A stretch of 64,000 nucleotides of DNA from Diplonema japonicum (lineage: Eukaryota > Protista > Euglenozoa: Diplonemea). The notes below the pieces were generated by a model. It was not told where the DNA came from. It made no database searches and saw only the letters and a list, made by a program, of their open reading frames with translations. Location: NCBI GenBank assembly GCA_964019335.1, contig OZ025728.1, positions 186,001 to 250,000 of the forward strand. The letters are read 5' to 3'. The translations under genes were made by a program, and so were the position numbers. The number at the start of each line of letters is the position of its first letter. Positions within the stretch are counted from its first letter, which is position 1. This document shows, one piece after another, positions 21,144-32,655 of this stretch.

Positions 21144-24100
21144 TCATTTTTTGATCGCAAAGCATACATGACATGGTGCTGCGACCTTCACGATTTTGTT
21201 ATCAGTGAGCCGCTTGTTCACGTACCACTCACCTGTGGACCCTGCTGGTCTGTAGCCGTACTGAGCATTGATGCTACGCTTCCAGCCCCAGTAGTACACG
21301 TTCCCGCCAACCAGGGCAACAAGGCTGTCGCCGATTAACTGAACTGTGTCTATAAAGTCTGCCTTCAAAAGAACTTTCTTCACGTCACCTGTCTTCACCA
21401 CGAGTGCCTGCTGCTGCTGCTGTGGCCTCTCTACCCATGCCTCGTGTGAGCCCCTACGTATGGTGACAACATCAGCTGCACGGGGCTTATTGGTGTCCTC
21501 GTACACCAGCTGATCGCAGGTCTGGGTTCTCGTGTCCAACAACTCAATCGTCTCATGGCCTAGATCTTCTTCTTCTTTTTGGCCGTCAGGACTCACTCTG
21601 AACACTTGGTTGCAGTCCCACTTCATCTCGGCGGGGGGGAGCTCTTCCGTAGGTTTCGGAGGTTCCGCGTCCACCAACGCAATCATCTCAGGGCCTACAT
21701 CTACTGTTCTCTTCCATTTTCCTCCTTCTTCTTTTTCCTTGCCCTCAGACCTCACCTTGAACACTTGTTGACGGAAGTCCCATTTGATCTCAGCCGAGTT
21801 CATGACCACTGGTTCCTTAAGACGCCTCACAGTGTTCCTCGCCCTGCAGTACGTGACAACATCTATCTTGGTGTCCCCACACCGCACCAACATCCCCACC
21901 TTGCCGTTACTCGAGACAGCTATCTCACACACAGGGCCACCCAGGACTAATTCTCTCTTTGGGGGCTCCATTGCCACCAACAAGTCACCCTCAAGGTGGT
22001 AGTACGCATGTACCGCAGAAGCGTAAACATTGAGAAGCTTCAACCTCTCTCCCTCCATTTCGTCAAAAAAGCTCGTTGTGCACAGACGCACTGCCTTGTC
22101 TTCCTTCAGTATCCAGTTGCTGCCGTCTTTGTCCCCTCCCGGCACGAGCAGCATGTCGCCACACACCACGTGTCGCAGTGGTCCTTCCTCGCTTGCGGGG
22201 ATCGTGAAACGATACTTTTCTTCAAGAACGATGTACGGTAAAGTTGCACTACGCACTTCACTGTACACAACGCATTCCCACGACAGTCGATCTGCACTCC
22301 TGTTCAAAGCAAAGTACCTGTCCACCCCAACTGGTGTGAGCCCCTCCACAACTGGTGCTAACTCCATGCCCGTACCCTTCAAACTCGTCACCCTTTCATT
22401 ATTCACCAACACACGTATATTGTCAGTGCCAGTGTGAGTGCCAGTGTCCAGGCAGCAGAGCAGCCATTCACATAAAACTTCTTCCTTGTTGTACTCTAAG
22501 CTACGCTCCTTCTCCCCTTCCTCTCCATCTTTTGGTACTTCCTCCCCTTCCTGAGCCCCTGTCGTGCTTCCCCCTTCACCTCGATTCACACACCACACTT
22601 TACTGTCGTCTGCAATGAACATAAGCCTCATCTGCGAGCTCACCACCTTCACAGAAACCTCTTTCTCTTGTTGACACTCAGCGATCGCCACAGCTCCGTC
22701 CATTTCGTAAGCAACGACAAGAACACAGTGTTCCCCCCTTTGCACTATCTTGCTCAGGATCTTCATTGTCTTCAGGTTCATAATCGTTTCCGGCAGTTGT
22801 ACTTCCTTCCCACCGAACACCACCTTGTCCGCATACACCTCTGCAACAATATCCTTGCCGTTGTCATCAGTGAAGGCCGCAAATGAAAGGAGGCCCTCCT
22901 TCAGGGAACTTTTGATACTTTCCTTGTCGTCATGCAGGTAGGTCCGAATGACGTTTGTTCCCTTCATCTCCACATCAGTAATGACTGTCCTGTCAAAGGT
23001 GCTGTCCTCAAGGTACGCCCCCGCTATTTGGATCCCTCTGAAGTCCATCCCAGCAAAGCTGTCGTTCGCAGCCGACAAGATCGTGATCGCCAGGGCAGCA
23101 GGAGCACTGCACCACTGCAGCTTCGACAGCTCCACCAGCGAGAGCAGTGTGTCCCTGAACCAGATCAGCTGCCTCTTCTCAGAGTCCTTATCATACTTCT
23201 TCAACACCATCTTCGCCAAGTAGCGCCTCAGCACACCAGGGTAGTTCATCACATCTTCCATCAGCACGTCCCATGTTGCCTCCCTCGCGCACGCCGCCTT
23301 GCACGCCATCACCAGGTACTTGGAGGCCTCCTTCTTGGTGAGGTCAGGCTTTGCCTCTCTGACCTTCATCACCATCAGGTCTTTCTGCTTCCTGAAGTGT
23401 GCCCATCTGCACTCGTCCTGGTCGGCTGTGTCATGGTTGGGGTCGTAGGTGTGTGAAAAGACACTCACAAAGAACTTCGTACAGACACGGTTCAGAGGGA
23501 ACCTCATCAGCTTGTCGTGGACAGCAATGGCGGTGAAGAGCTCCTGCAGCCACTTGGAGGTGAAGCTGTACACCCTCTCCTGGTTCTTACTGTTTTGGTC
23601 CACTGAGACTCTCACCGGAGAGGCTGCAAACAGGTCCCGCACCAGCTGCCGGTCCGGCTTGTCGACATCGTGCCCTGTGTGCTGTGCCCTCAGAAAGCCA
23701 CGACACCTGTCCTCATAAGGTGCCTGCCTCGCGTGGTCCCGTGTCATGTCAAGTGCGAGGCGCGAGTTGTAGTCCACCAGAAGCTTCACGAGTTCCTTGT
23801 CGGTGATGGAAGGGTGCTTTGTACTCAGTGACCTCAACGGCAGCCGGAGGTACTCCTCAAGGCAGGTCCTCAAGAAGGCCATGTTCATCTCTCTGTTTAA
23901 ATGGTAGACAGACCGCGCATCCAGTTCATCTACCACATTCATGTGATAATACAGCTCATGAAGGAGAGCAAACTCCTTGTTGCTTTCAACCTCTTTCATA
24001 ATATGCATCACCAGCCCACACATCACATCCTCGTGTGTTGCCTCTTCTCTGCTTTCTGGTACCATCTTCTTCAACATTGTTTTCATCAGAAGCTTAGCTA

Positions 24101-27100
24101 CGTCAGAACTGGGGTTGGTTGTGAGTATAGTTGAAAAAGGACGCTCTTCCCATTCTTCTTCGTCAATCTTGCAATCATACAACCCCCATTTTTCACTGCA
24201 AATGGTACGAATGAAGGCACGAAGCATGCGGAGTGTCATGTGCTGTTCTTCATTCACTCCAATGAATGTAGAGAACTTTCCGTAATGAAGAGCGCACTTC
24301 AGCACTGCCCCGATGGAAGCCTCCTCTGTGCCGATCATTATCTCGATGTCCTTGTCCTCCATTTTCTTCATTCTGTACACTTCACAGGTTTCCTTTGAAT
24401 TTCCCTTAACGTGATCCATGCGCACACTCGAGTTGCATCCGAACAGCTCGTCCGCAGTGTACTCCAGGATGGCTGTGTCTGCTTCCACCAAGATGATGGG
24501 GTCACCCCACTCACCCAGCCTGTTCTTCTCTCTCATGGAATCCAAAAGGAACTTCTTGTCGAGGAACGAGTACCCCACAAGTATCAGTGCCAGGCGTGCC
24601 TCCTGTGCCCTCGTCTTCTCCTGAAGCCGTTGCACATTCCTCTTCGTGAACCCATGCTGCCCCAGGGCCTCTTCCACAAGGCTTGTCGTCGGATTCTTCA
24701 TCTTTGGCAGGAACACGTGAACAGGGAGAAGGCTTTTAGTACTTCCTGCGGTAAAGTAGGCGCCCCATAGCTCCTTCTCCACCAGTGACAGGAACTCCGC
24801 ACCCCAATAGCTGCCGTTGAACACAATGCTCTTCCCGGCAGGGCGGGCCTTCAACAAGTGGGCCGCAAATTCCGGGGGGTTGAAATCTTCAAGGTTGTCG
24901 TCGCTATTTTCGGGGCCATCCTTCTCAACCCGCATGAACGAGTACCTCCCACACCCATGGAGGTCGCTGCTGCAAGACGTGCGAGCCTTGTGAAGGAGGT
25001 CGATGTTGTCCTCCAGTTTCCTGTGAAGCTGGAGGTAGTTGTGGATGTCACTCACCTCAATCTTCATGTCCTGCAGCTGCTTGTCGATCCCTGTCACCCT
25101 GTCGAAGATGCTTGTCGTGAGCAGCAGGGTCGTCCCCGCTATCGCGTTCATCCCCTCAAGGTTCCTTGCGTACACCTTCACAGCCTTCTGCGCCGCTTCC
25201 AACATCCCGTCAACGTGCTGCACAGCTTCCTCATTGACAACCACCCTGCGTAGCTCCAGAAGCCTCTCCACCTCCCCAAGCAGCCCCTCCACATCCTTCT
25301 TGTAACTTTTCGCCTCTGTCTGTAGTGTCATCCTCAGGTAGTGCTGTGCCTTCTTGAACACCTGTCCTTGCTTCTCCAATTGCTCCCGCTCCCCGTCGCT
25401 CCTCATTGTGTTCAGGACTTCGCTGTTCATCGTCTTCGACATCCTGTCGTCCAGCAGCACCCTGCTCTCCATCACTTCGAGGCAGGCAAGAACTGCCCTG
25501 TGCCGTACCATCGTCCCCTCGTCCCTTCCAGAAAGAGTCGTCAGTTTCTCTTTCACTTCAGTGCCGAGGCCATTCACCTCGCTGATCTCCACATCGCCAA
25601 TCATCTTCCCTAGCTTAAATTTAGGATCAGCCTCTTCATCTTCGTCTTTCGTGTCCTTGGTTCCAACTTGTTTCTTTTCGTTGGTAGCCTGTTCCTCTTC
25701 GTCTTTTCCAGAAAGAGCCGCCACCGCATCAGCCACTCCAGTGCCGATTTCCTTCAAGTCATTGATCGTCTTTATGTCAAACATCTTCCCCAACTCTGTT
25801 ATCACTTCATCTTTCAAGATCGTTTTGGCTTGTTCCTGAACACCACCCAGAAGCACAGTCGCTTGTCGAAGACACTTCATCAGCATACTTGGCAGCTGGC
25901 GTTCGTGTTTCAGAAGATCTATCAAGCACTGCACCATGCAGTCTTTCGCTTCCCAAGAGAACTGTATGATTCCCTTGTCTTCTCCCAACACAGGAAACCT
26001 GTGGTACAGGGTACCCGTTTCGTGGATATGCTTCTCACCCCCCTCCTTGCTTTGCTCAGGGGACACGACACGAGAGAACACCAGGAGCTCGGCAAGGGTC
26101 CCTGCCCACAGCTGTGCAGGAAGAACTTTCCAGTTCTTCTTGTTCTGTGGGCATATATCCGAGTGCACGAGGTTAACGAAGTCACGTACTGCCTCCGTGG
26201 CATCATGAGGCCTCACCAGAAGCAGGTGCTTCAGGTGCTGAGATTGAGTGTTGAACGTTGCTGCGATCTGAAGTTCATCACTTGTGGACAACAAGGTGTC
26301 CTTCATTCTGGAGGATAAGGACACAGCCCCATGCCAGGCGGCTGTTAATACCTTCAAATCGAACTGCATTGTCTTGATAGCTATGGCACCACGTGCCACG
26401 GAACCAACATCACCCCAAATAGTAGTCTTTGAGAGAGTGCCGCCCCCTTTGGTGATGACCTCGTGGTCCGCTGCTGATGCCGGGTGCATGAACGCTTTGT
26501 TCTGTCCGTTGCTCAAACTTGTGACGAGTGTCTGGAATTCCAGCAGTTGATCCGAAGCAGTGCCGTCATTGTCGAAGGTCACGAGCTGCAACACCAAGGT
26601 GGCCACCACACGGTACAGGTGTATGTTGTTCAAGGTTACAAGGTGCTCAGTGTCGCCCGCCTCGCTATGTGCGCTGTCCTCCAGCGACTGCTGCAGCACC
26701 TTCAGCAGCTCACACACAGCGGCTAGCATACGCTCTGCAGGCTCGCTAGTGTCCTGAACCTCAACCAGTGACCCGAGTTTTGTTTCGTTCAGCTTGAACC
26801 ACTTCACAAAGGTTTGCAACTCCGCAAGTCTCTCCTTTGCCTTTGTGCACTGTGCCGCAGCTTTCGAGCCTTTTTCCAACTTCATGAAAAACGACATGAT
26901 GTCCTCTGTGAAGTCTTGTGTTCCGTTAAGCATCCTTCCCACGAATGGGGCCGCCGCCGTGGGTCTTGGCCGTGACATTGCTTCAGCAAGCACAGATAAG
27001 CTGCCTTCATACCTCTCGACAATTGAATGCAATATTCCCAACTGGTCTGGGTGTTTCTTCACCTCATTCCGCAAGTACACATTGTCGACCTTGAAATTGA

Positions 27101-28382
27101 TATATTCTGCTTTGAGCGTGATGTTCAAATAGTACTTCGTGTGCTCGAAGGTCTCCATCAGCTCAACAAGTGACTGTGCCTCCCCGTCGCTTCTCACTGT
27201 GTCCAGAACTTCACAGGCAATCCTTTCTGACAGCCCACTGCCCAGAAGCCCGCTCTCGATCACTTCATAACTGGAAAAGACCGCCTTGTGCCGTACAACT
27301 TGAGCCTTCTCATCGCCAACAGTCTCCAGCAATGCACACACAGCCTTCCTCACGTCGTTGGCTGCTGTCTCCCCTTTCTTGAGAATCTCTGTCAGTGCAC
27401 CAGGTGTCAGCCTTCCATGCCTCAGAAGATCCACCAAGCAGCCAACCACCACTTCCTTAACATTCACAGGAAACTGTATGGCCCCTCGTTCCCCGAGCAT
27501 TGGAATCCTTTGGTACAGAACACAGTTGTTGTGGAGAACAAGGCGACATTCTCCCTCTTTGTTGGTTGCCTTCGAGGACACGACACGAGAGAATGTCAAC
27601 AGCTCAGAAAGGGTCCCCACCCACAGCGACACAGGGTGAACCTTCCAGTCAGTGTTTTCCCCAAAGGGGCACACCACATCATGGATCTCTCTGACCAGTC
27701 GTTGGAGACGTGCCGCATCTCGCTCGCTCCCCGCATGGCCGTGAGACATGAAGCCCGCCATAAGCAGGTACTTCAGACGCTGAACAAGAACGCTGTGGGT
27801 TGCAGCACTGCGCTGTGCTTCCGCCACCCCAGTCCCAGTGAACAAGCCTTCAACAGAGGGCCACGTTGTCATGAGAGCTGTCATGTCCTTCACCACAGAA
27901 GCAAGGTCGCTAAGGGGACTCTCCCCGAGGACATCTCCTATAGTCTCGAACGCCACCAACTCAGGGTGCTTCTCGTGCTGCTTCTCATCTTTCAGCCTTT
28001 TAACAAGTGCCCGGAAGCCAACCAGCTGATCAGCAGGAATACAGCTCTTGTCGTGTATGACGAGCTGTCCCACCAAAGAGGCCACCACACGATACAGGTG
28101 TATGTTGTTCATGGTAATGTGCGTCGAGCCACCTCCTCTTTGTAGCAGCACCTTCAGCAGCTCACACACAGAGGCCAGTATTGCCTCCAGCAAGGGGGCC
28201 CACTGGTCGGGCTGTTGGTTCATGTCGAACAGTGCCGAGAGCCTCACCTCGTTCAGTTTGAACCATTCAATGAATTCTCCTGTTTCTGCACCTCGCTTCA
28301 TGCGCTTCGTCCAGTCACCCAGCTCCCTGAGGAAGGCCTGCACGTCATGTGCCCTGACCCGCCTGAAGAACACGAGGTCCAT
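21144..28382 (-). CDS. 2412-aa NLR-like protein: duplicated N-terminal helical domain, degenerate NACHT, pentapeptide-like segment, beta-rich (WD40-like) C-terminus
   Basis: 7.2-kb open frame. LLPVHVFLP, YSFTSKWLQELFTA and AITILSAANDSFAGMDFRGIQIAGAYLEDSTFD resemble NACHT-pentapeptide-WD40 proteins. Confidence 0.7.
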   Translation of the reverse strand: MDLVFFRRVRAHDVQAFLRELGDWTKRMKRGAETGEFIEWFKLNEVRLSALFDMNQQPDQWAPLLEAILASVCELLKVLLQRGGGSTHITMNNIHLYRVVASLVGQLVIHDKSCIPADQLVGFRALVKRLKDEKQHEKHPELVAFETIGDVLGESPLSDLASVVKDMTALMTTWPSVEGLFTGTGVAEAQRSAATHSVLVQRLKYLLMAGFMSHGHAGSERDAARLQRLVREIHDVVCPFGENTDWKVHPVSLWVGTLSELLTFSRVVSSKATNKEGECRLVLHNNCVLYQRIPMLGERGAIQFPVNVKEVVVGCLVDLLRHGRLTPGALTEILKKGETAANDVRKAVCALLETVGDEKAQVVRHKAVFSSYEVIESGLLGSGLSERIACEVLDTVRSDGEAQSLVELMETFEHTKYYLNITLKAEYINFKVDNVYLRNEVKKHPDQLGILHSIVERYEGSLSVLAEAMSRPRPTAAAPFVGRMLNGTQDFTEDIMSFFMKLEKGSKAAAQCTKAKERLAELQTFVKWFKLNETKLGSLVEVQDTSEPAERMLAAVCELLKVLQQSLEDSAHSEAGDTEHLVTLNNIHLYRVVATLVLQLVTFDNDGTASDQLLEFQTLVTSLSNGQNKAFMHPASAADHEVITKGGGTLSKTTIWGDVGSVARGAIAIKTMQFDLKVLTAAWHGAVSLSSRMKDTLLSTSDELQIAATFNTQSQHLKHLLLVRPHDATEAVRDFVNLVHSDICPQNKKNWKVLPAQLWAGTLAELLVFSRVVSPEQSKEGGEKHIHETGTLYHRFPVLGEDKGIIQFSWEAKDCMVQCLIDLLKHERQLPSMLMKCLRQATVLLGGVQEQAKTILKDEVITELGKMFDIKTINDLKEIGTGVADAVAALSGKDEEEQATNEKKQVGTKDTKDEDEEADPKFKLGKMIGDVEISEVNGLGTEVKEKLTTLSGRDEGTMVRHRAVLACLEVMESRVLLDDRMSKTMNSEVLNTMRSDGEREQLEKQGQVFKKAQHYLRMTLQTEAKSYKKDVEGLLGEVERLLELRRVVVNEEAVQHVDGMLEAAQKAVKVYARNLEGMNAIAGTTLLLTTSIFDRVTGIDKQLQDMKIEVSDIHNYLQLHRKLEDNIDLLHKARTSCSSDLHGCGRYSFMRVEKDGPENSDDNLEDFNPPEFAAHLLKARPAGKSIVFNGSYWGAEFLSLVEKELWGAYFTAGSTKSLLPVHVFLPKMKNPTTSLVEEALGQHGFTKRNVQRLQEKTRAQEARLALILVGYSFLDKKFLLDSMREKNRLGEWGDPIILVEADTAILEYTADELFGCNSSVRMDHVKGNSKETCEVYRMKKMEDKDIEIMIGTEEASIGAVLKCALHYGKFSTFIGVNEEQHMTLRMLRAFIRTICSEKWGLYDCKIDEEEWEERPFSTILTTNPSSDVAKLLMKTMLKKMVPESREEATHEDVMCGLVMHIMKEVESNKEFALLHELYYHMNVVDELDARSVYHLNREMNMAFLRTCLEEYLRLPLRSLSTKHPSITDKELVKLLVDYNSRLALDMTRDHARQAPYEDRCRGFLRAQHTGHDVDKPDRQLVRDLFAASPVRVSVDQNSKNQERVYSFTSKWLQELFTAIAVHDKLMRFPLNRVCTKFFVSVFSHTYDPNHDTADQDECRWAHFRKQKDLMVMKVREAKPDLTKKEASKYLVMACKAACAREATWDVLMEDVMNYPGVLRRYLAKMVLKKYDKDSEKRQLIWFRDTLLSLVELSKLQWCSAPAALAITILSAANDSFAGMDFRGIQIAGAYLEDSTFDRTVITDVEMKGTNVIRTYLHDDKESIKSSLKEGLLSFAAFTDDNGKDIVAEVYADKVVFGGKEVQLPETIMNLKTMKILSKIVQRGEHCVLVVAYEMDGAVAIAECQQEKEVSVKVVSSQMRLMFIADDSKVWCVNRGEGGSTTGAQEGEEVPKDGEEGEKERSLEYNKEEVLCEWLLCCLDTGTHTGTDNIRVLVNNERVTSLKGTGMELAPVVEGLTPVGVDRYFALNRSADRLSWECVVYSEVRSATLPYIVLEEKYRFTIPASEEGPLRHVVCGDMLLVPGGDKDGSNWILKEDKAVRLCTTSFFDEMEGERLKLLNVYASAVHAYYHLEGDLLVAMEPPKRELVLGGPVCEIAVSSNGKVGMLVRCGDTKIDVVTYCRARNTVRRLKEPVVMNSAEIKWDFRQQVFKVRSEGKEKEEGGKWKRTVDVGPEMIALVDAEPPKPTEELPPAEMKWDCNQVFRVSPDGQKEEEDLGHETIELLDTRTQTCDQLVYEDTNKPRAADVVTIRRGSHEAWVERPQQQQQALVVKTGDVKKVLLKADFIDTVQLIGDSLVALVGGNVYYWGWKRSINAQYGYRPAGSTGEWYVNKRLTDNKIVKVAAPCHVCFAIKK

Positions 28383-28527
28383 CTTGTCCTGTGTGGTTGA
28401 AGGAGAATAGGTTTATAAGAAGAGAAAAACACCGTTCACGGCAAGCAACTAACTTTTTATTTAATTTTCAAGGGCGGGAGTGAAAATATGATTTCATTTT
28501 ATATCACGCTCAACTTTGTATTCACTC

Positions 28528-29125
28528 TTGGTATGCGTTCTTTTTCTTTCAATCGATTGTTAGATGTACTTATAAAATATAGCGCGCATTCGACGGCACT
28601 GATCAAGCGACTGGCACCTTCCGAAGAAGGTCCGCCGGGTTGAGCAGAGGATGCCCCGGGGCGGCCGTTCCAGTCTGATCATGTCGCACTATAATATATT
28701 TCTCATCTTCTAGAAGAAAATGAGGTTTTTGCCCTCGTAGCTCGCCGGGCCAGCACTCTTACTTGCGTAAGGTCTTCGTGCTCTTTGGGGGGTGGCGCTG
28801 CCTGATGTTGTGCCATTGCAGCGTCGAGAAGAACAGCCAGTCAGTCGCCATGGAGTAGTGATCCTTTAAGGCTCTCCTATCTCCATGCCGCGTGTACTGA
28901 TGTCATCTATCGACGTCCCTCTTCGCCTTCCAGCCTTCCGAGTCAAGCTTGGACAAACCGCATGTGATCCCCGAGCTCCTCCGCGGTTTTAGGCTCCTCG
29001 CCGAGTACGTGCCTGCATACTCGTATCATGGCTTCTGGAGTCCACTTGCCCGACCGTCGGTTCGCCCTCAGGAAGTCCAGACTTCTTCTTTGCAGGCTCC
29101 ACCTGCCCGTCGCACCACTGCCCGC
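28528..29125 (-). mobile_element. PLE-B-type 3' end fragment, internally deleted
   Basis: Same terminus and C-terminal coding remnants as 1049-1520 and 32656-33100. Confidence 0.8.
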
Positions 29126-30051
29126 GCTATATTCACTCTCAGTATATAGAGAAATAAGGCCCAGGAGTGATATAATGTTACATTATGTCACTCCTGCACC
29201 TGTTTTAACCAAACTCCCTAGAAACACATAAAACGATGGGAAGAAAGCCTAAGGCGATGACATGCCAAAACCCGAACTGAGAAGAAGTCGATCCAGGGTG
29301 TTAGTTCCCAGACGCTCAAGAGGACGTTCAATTGGGTATCAGATAAGATGACAAACGAGTACGTGAAACAGAGCGTGGCAACTCACGAACACGTCTTGAA
29401 GATGCTAGTCAGTTCGCTCAACCCATTCCAGAAGCAATTCACTCACAGGTTTTGGCATGTTGGAAATTTTTGCCTAAAAGTCTTGGCCCTATTTGGCATG
29501 TTGGATTTTGCGGAACGTCCACATATTTCTGCTTTTTTTTTTTAAAAATCAGACATATTCCCTTCGTCTGTTGAGAGGCGTGCTGGTTCAGACGCGTCGG
29601 CGGACGCAGTTTAACGTCATACCCGGGACCGAAAACATGTGGGAAAGGAAAAAGAAGAAAGGAGAATAAAAAGTTTAAAAGTGGAAAGAAAATAGAAAGG
29701 GTGGAAACTAAATAATAGGGTGCGAGGTCTGTGAAACCTTGCATAGCCTATCGCTCTCGTAGCACGCCGGGCCGGCACTCCTACATTGTGTAGGGTTGTT
29801 TCCGATTGTTCCTAGTTGTAGGAATGCAGGACAGTCGACCACTGCGATTCGTTGTAATAGAGGGTCCCGGCCCCTACAAAGTCAGCGAGCAGGGCTGCCA
29901 CGGTCGAGTAGGACTTGTCCCCGAACCCTTGGGTTTGCAGCAGAAACTCACCAAAATTGCCGGAGCAGCTCAATGATATTATTCTTAAAGGTTTCTTTGG
30001 GGTTGTTGGGTTTTTTGTGTTTCTCGGTTGCGGTTTGGGTTTTTTCGGTAA

Positions 30052-31253
30052 CTGAAATGATTTTAAGTTAGAATAGAGAAGCGAAAAAATGAGATAAAAA
30101 GGGGTGAAAAAGAATAAATACTGCATACGAAAACAGAGAGTCGGATAAAAAAAGGATAAAGGTGACTGACATCCTCAAAAGGAGCCTCCCACGTACCAGG
30201 AATTAAGCAGAGGTTGCTTCCATGGCCCGTATCAGTCTATCGCCGGAAAGAATAATGAAAATAACGGAACGAAGTGAAAAAGGAAAAGAGAAAAGACGGC
30301 CTGGTCGCCAGGAAGTGCTGGTTCAGACGCGTCGGCGGACGCAGTTTAACGTCATACCCGGGACCGAAAACATGTGGGAAAAGGAAAAAGCAGAAAGGGT
30401 AATAACAAGCTTAAAATTGGAAAGAAAATGGAAAGGGTGGAAACTAAATAATAGGGTGCGAGGTCTGTGAAACCTTGCATAGCCTATCGCCCTCGTAGCA
30501 CGCCGGGCCGGCACTCCTACAGGGTTATTTCCGATTGTTCCTAGTTGTAGGAATGCAGGACAGTCGACCACTGCGATTCGTTGTAATAGAGGGTCCCGGC
30601 CCCTACAAAGTCAGCGAGCAGGGCTGCCACGGTCGAGTAGGACTTGTCCCCGAACCCTTGGGTTTGCAGCAGAAAGCCCTGTTCCTGCGGGATGCGTAGA
30701 GCCACGTCGAGCCGTGACAGATCAGCAGGCACGGGATCACAACCCGTATGTCGAGGGGGACCGGGGGCCTCACCCAAGAAGTGAGTGCACGCCCTGGACA
30801 TGCGATTGGGGTCAAAAATGGCCTCGCCCTTGGAAAGAAAGCCCAGATGCCGAAGCTCATCCAGGTCCTCAGGGCCGTCGACGCCTGCATCCTTGGTGAG
30901 CCTCCGAAGGGCGACAAGCCCAGTGATCCTGGTGTTCGGCCGCGTCGCAGCGAGATCTCGCTTGGCCGCGGGGAGTGCGGGACCGTCCTCGGGCTCCGGG
31001 CGTTTGTTCCTCTGTGCGTTGTAGGTGATCAGGAGAGGGGTCTTCCCCGAAGGTTTAGCTTTATCGCCTCCTGGGGTCTCGGAGCCAAAGACGGGTGCTT
31101 CCATCCACCTTGGGCGAAGAACTCCGACCACCACTGTTGCTGCACCGGGGTGTTCAGTCCCGAGTGCCACTCGTGAGACAGCCGGAGACGCTCGGACTCA
31201 GGCAGTGCGTTGTGCGCAGTCACAAGTAGTTGCTCTTGGTTGGCGACAGGTAG
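30052..31253 (-). mobile_element. PLE-A variant subfamily 3' fragment
   Basis: Diverged copy of the A C-terminus (STVLHSYN*) and 3' UTR. A second piece lies at ~29575-29945. Confidence 0.85.
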
Positions 31254-32655
31254 TCGTTCGTCACGACCCCGGCCGTCACGATCTTCAGCAGGCTTCTCTG
31301 CACAGCGTACGAGCCAGTCTTCCTGCGGAGCGAGTTCGTCGCCACAAAATCCACGCCCCCTTCGATGCCGGCATATTCTGGCCTCAGTTTTACCACCTCC
31401 GCAAACGCCTTCTTCAGCAGGACGCGCACATAGTGTTCCCACTCGCGTGGCTCCATAGCCAAGGGGTCAACCACGTCTCCGTTCTCGGTCCTCAGAGCCC
31501 GGAGGTCGTGTTCCCACATCAGTCCCACTGACTTCAGGTCGGCGACCAGAAGGCCGACCGGACCCCGTTCGTCAGCATAGTTCCTGCAACGGAAGGTGAC
31601 ACGCCTCTCTTGTCGTAGAGGGCTTTCACCTCGTTCAGCCTCGTCACCAGACCAGCATCTCTCCTGCTCTGCACCGCAGCGAACTGCACCCTTCGGTACC
31701 GCTCCGCTACGTTCATGTAGTTGCGGTGAGAGTACCCTGCAACCACCAACACCGCCCTTGTTGCACCTCCTCGATCTCCCCGTGTCGTGCCACACAGGCT
31801 CAACACCGACTCGTCCACGTACGCGACCCTGGCGGCCGCACTGCATCTGTTGAAGGGTGCGCTGTACAGGACGGAGCTCGTGCAGATCGATCCATGGAGC
31901 ATCGTCTTTACGTCGAACGGTAGCGGGATTCGCGACCCTCCTTGTCGCCGCCCGTACTCGCTCATCGACTTGTCTCGCGCTATTCGTGGTCACCAGCGTG
32001 CACCCCAAACACGCGACCCTCTCTGTCGCAGGGAAGTGGCCTCCAGTCCTGCTGTTCCGCACCTTCTTCTTTCTTGGCCGTGCTGAAGGCGAATGTCTTC
32101 CCCTCGTTCAGTGCCATGCCAGTGAGCACGCAGAACTCGTTGGTAAGGTCGGCTGCCGCCTGTACCTTCGCATGTCCCTCCAGAGAAACCAGGTAGCCGT
32201 CATCCGCATACGAAGGTGTGAGCACGCCTGGATGCTCCCCCTCAATCGCTCGCGCCCACACACTGATCAGCGCGTTGATGAGCACCACGGAGAGGGGGCA
32301 TCCCTGTAGCACACCATTCGTGGTCTCAAAGGCACGGCCCACACCCAGGGCGTACTTGAACCTCCGCCGGAGCCCGCCGTAGACAGCTCTCAAAGGCCGC
32401 AGCACTCGTTCCGACATTCCCATCGTCTCCAGGAGCTTCAGTGTGACTCCCTCGGCACCCTGTCAAAGCACTTGGCGTAGTCCAGGGCCAGGCCGTGAAG
32501 CGGCTTCCCTGTGAGGAGGGATTCCTCGATCTGCAGCGAGATCTGCATCACCGTGTTGTACCTTGACTTTCCCTTCCGGAAGCCACTCTGCGTGGGGTGA
32601 ATCCACTCCTCCTGCCACCGTAGCACCTTCCGCATGCGCACCGTCGGCCCATGTC
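31254..32655 (-). mobile_element. LINE RT fragment (second family), host of the 19-kb PLE insertion; upstream part at 51646-52250
   Basis: QSGFRKG, LDYAKCFDRV, GVLQGCPLS and SYADD motifs. RTWA coding continues across the 17-bp TSD. Confidence 0.85.
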
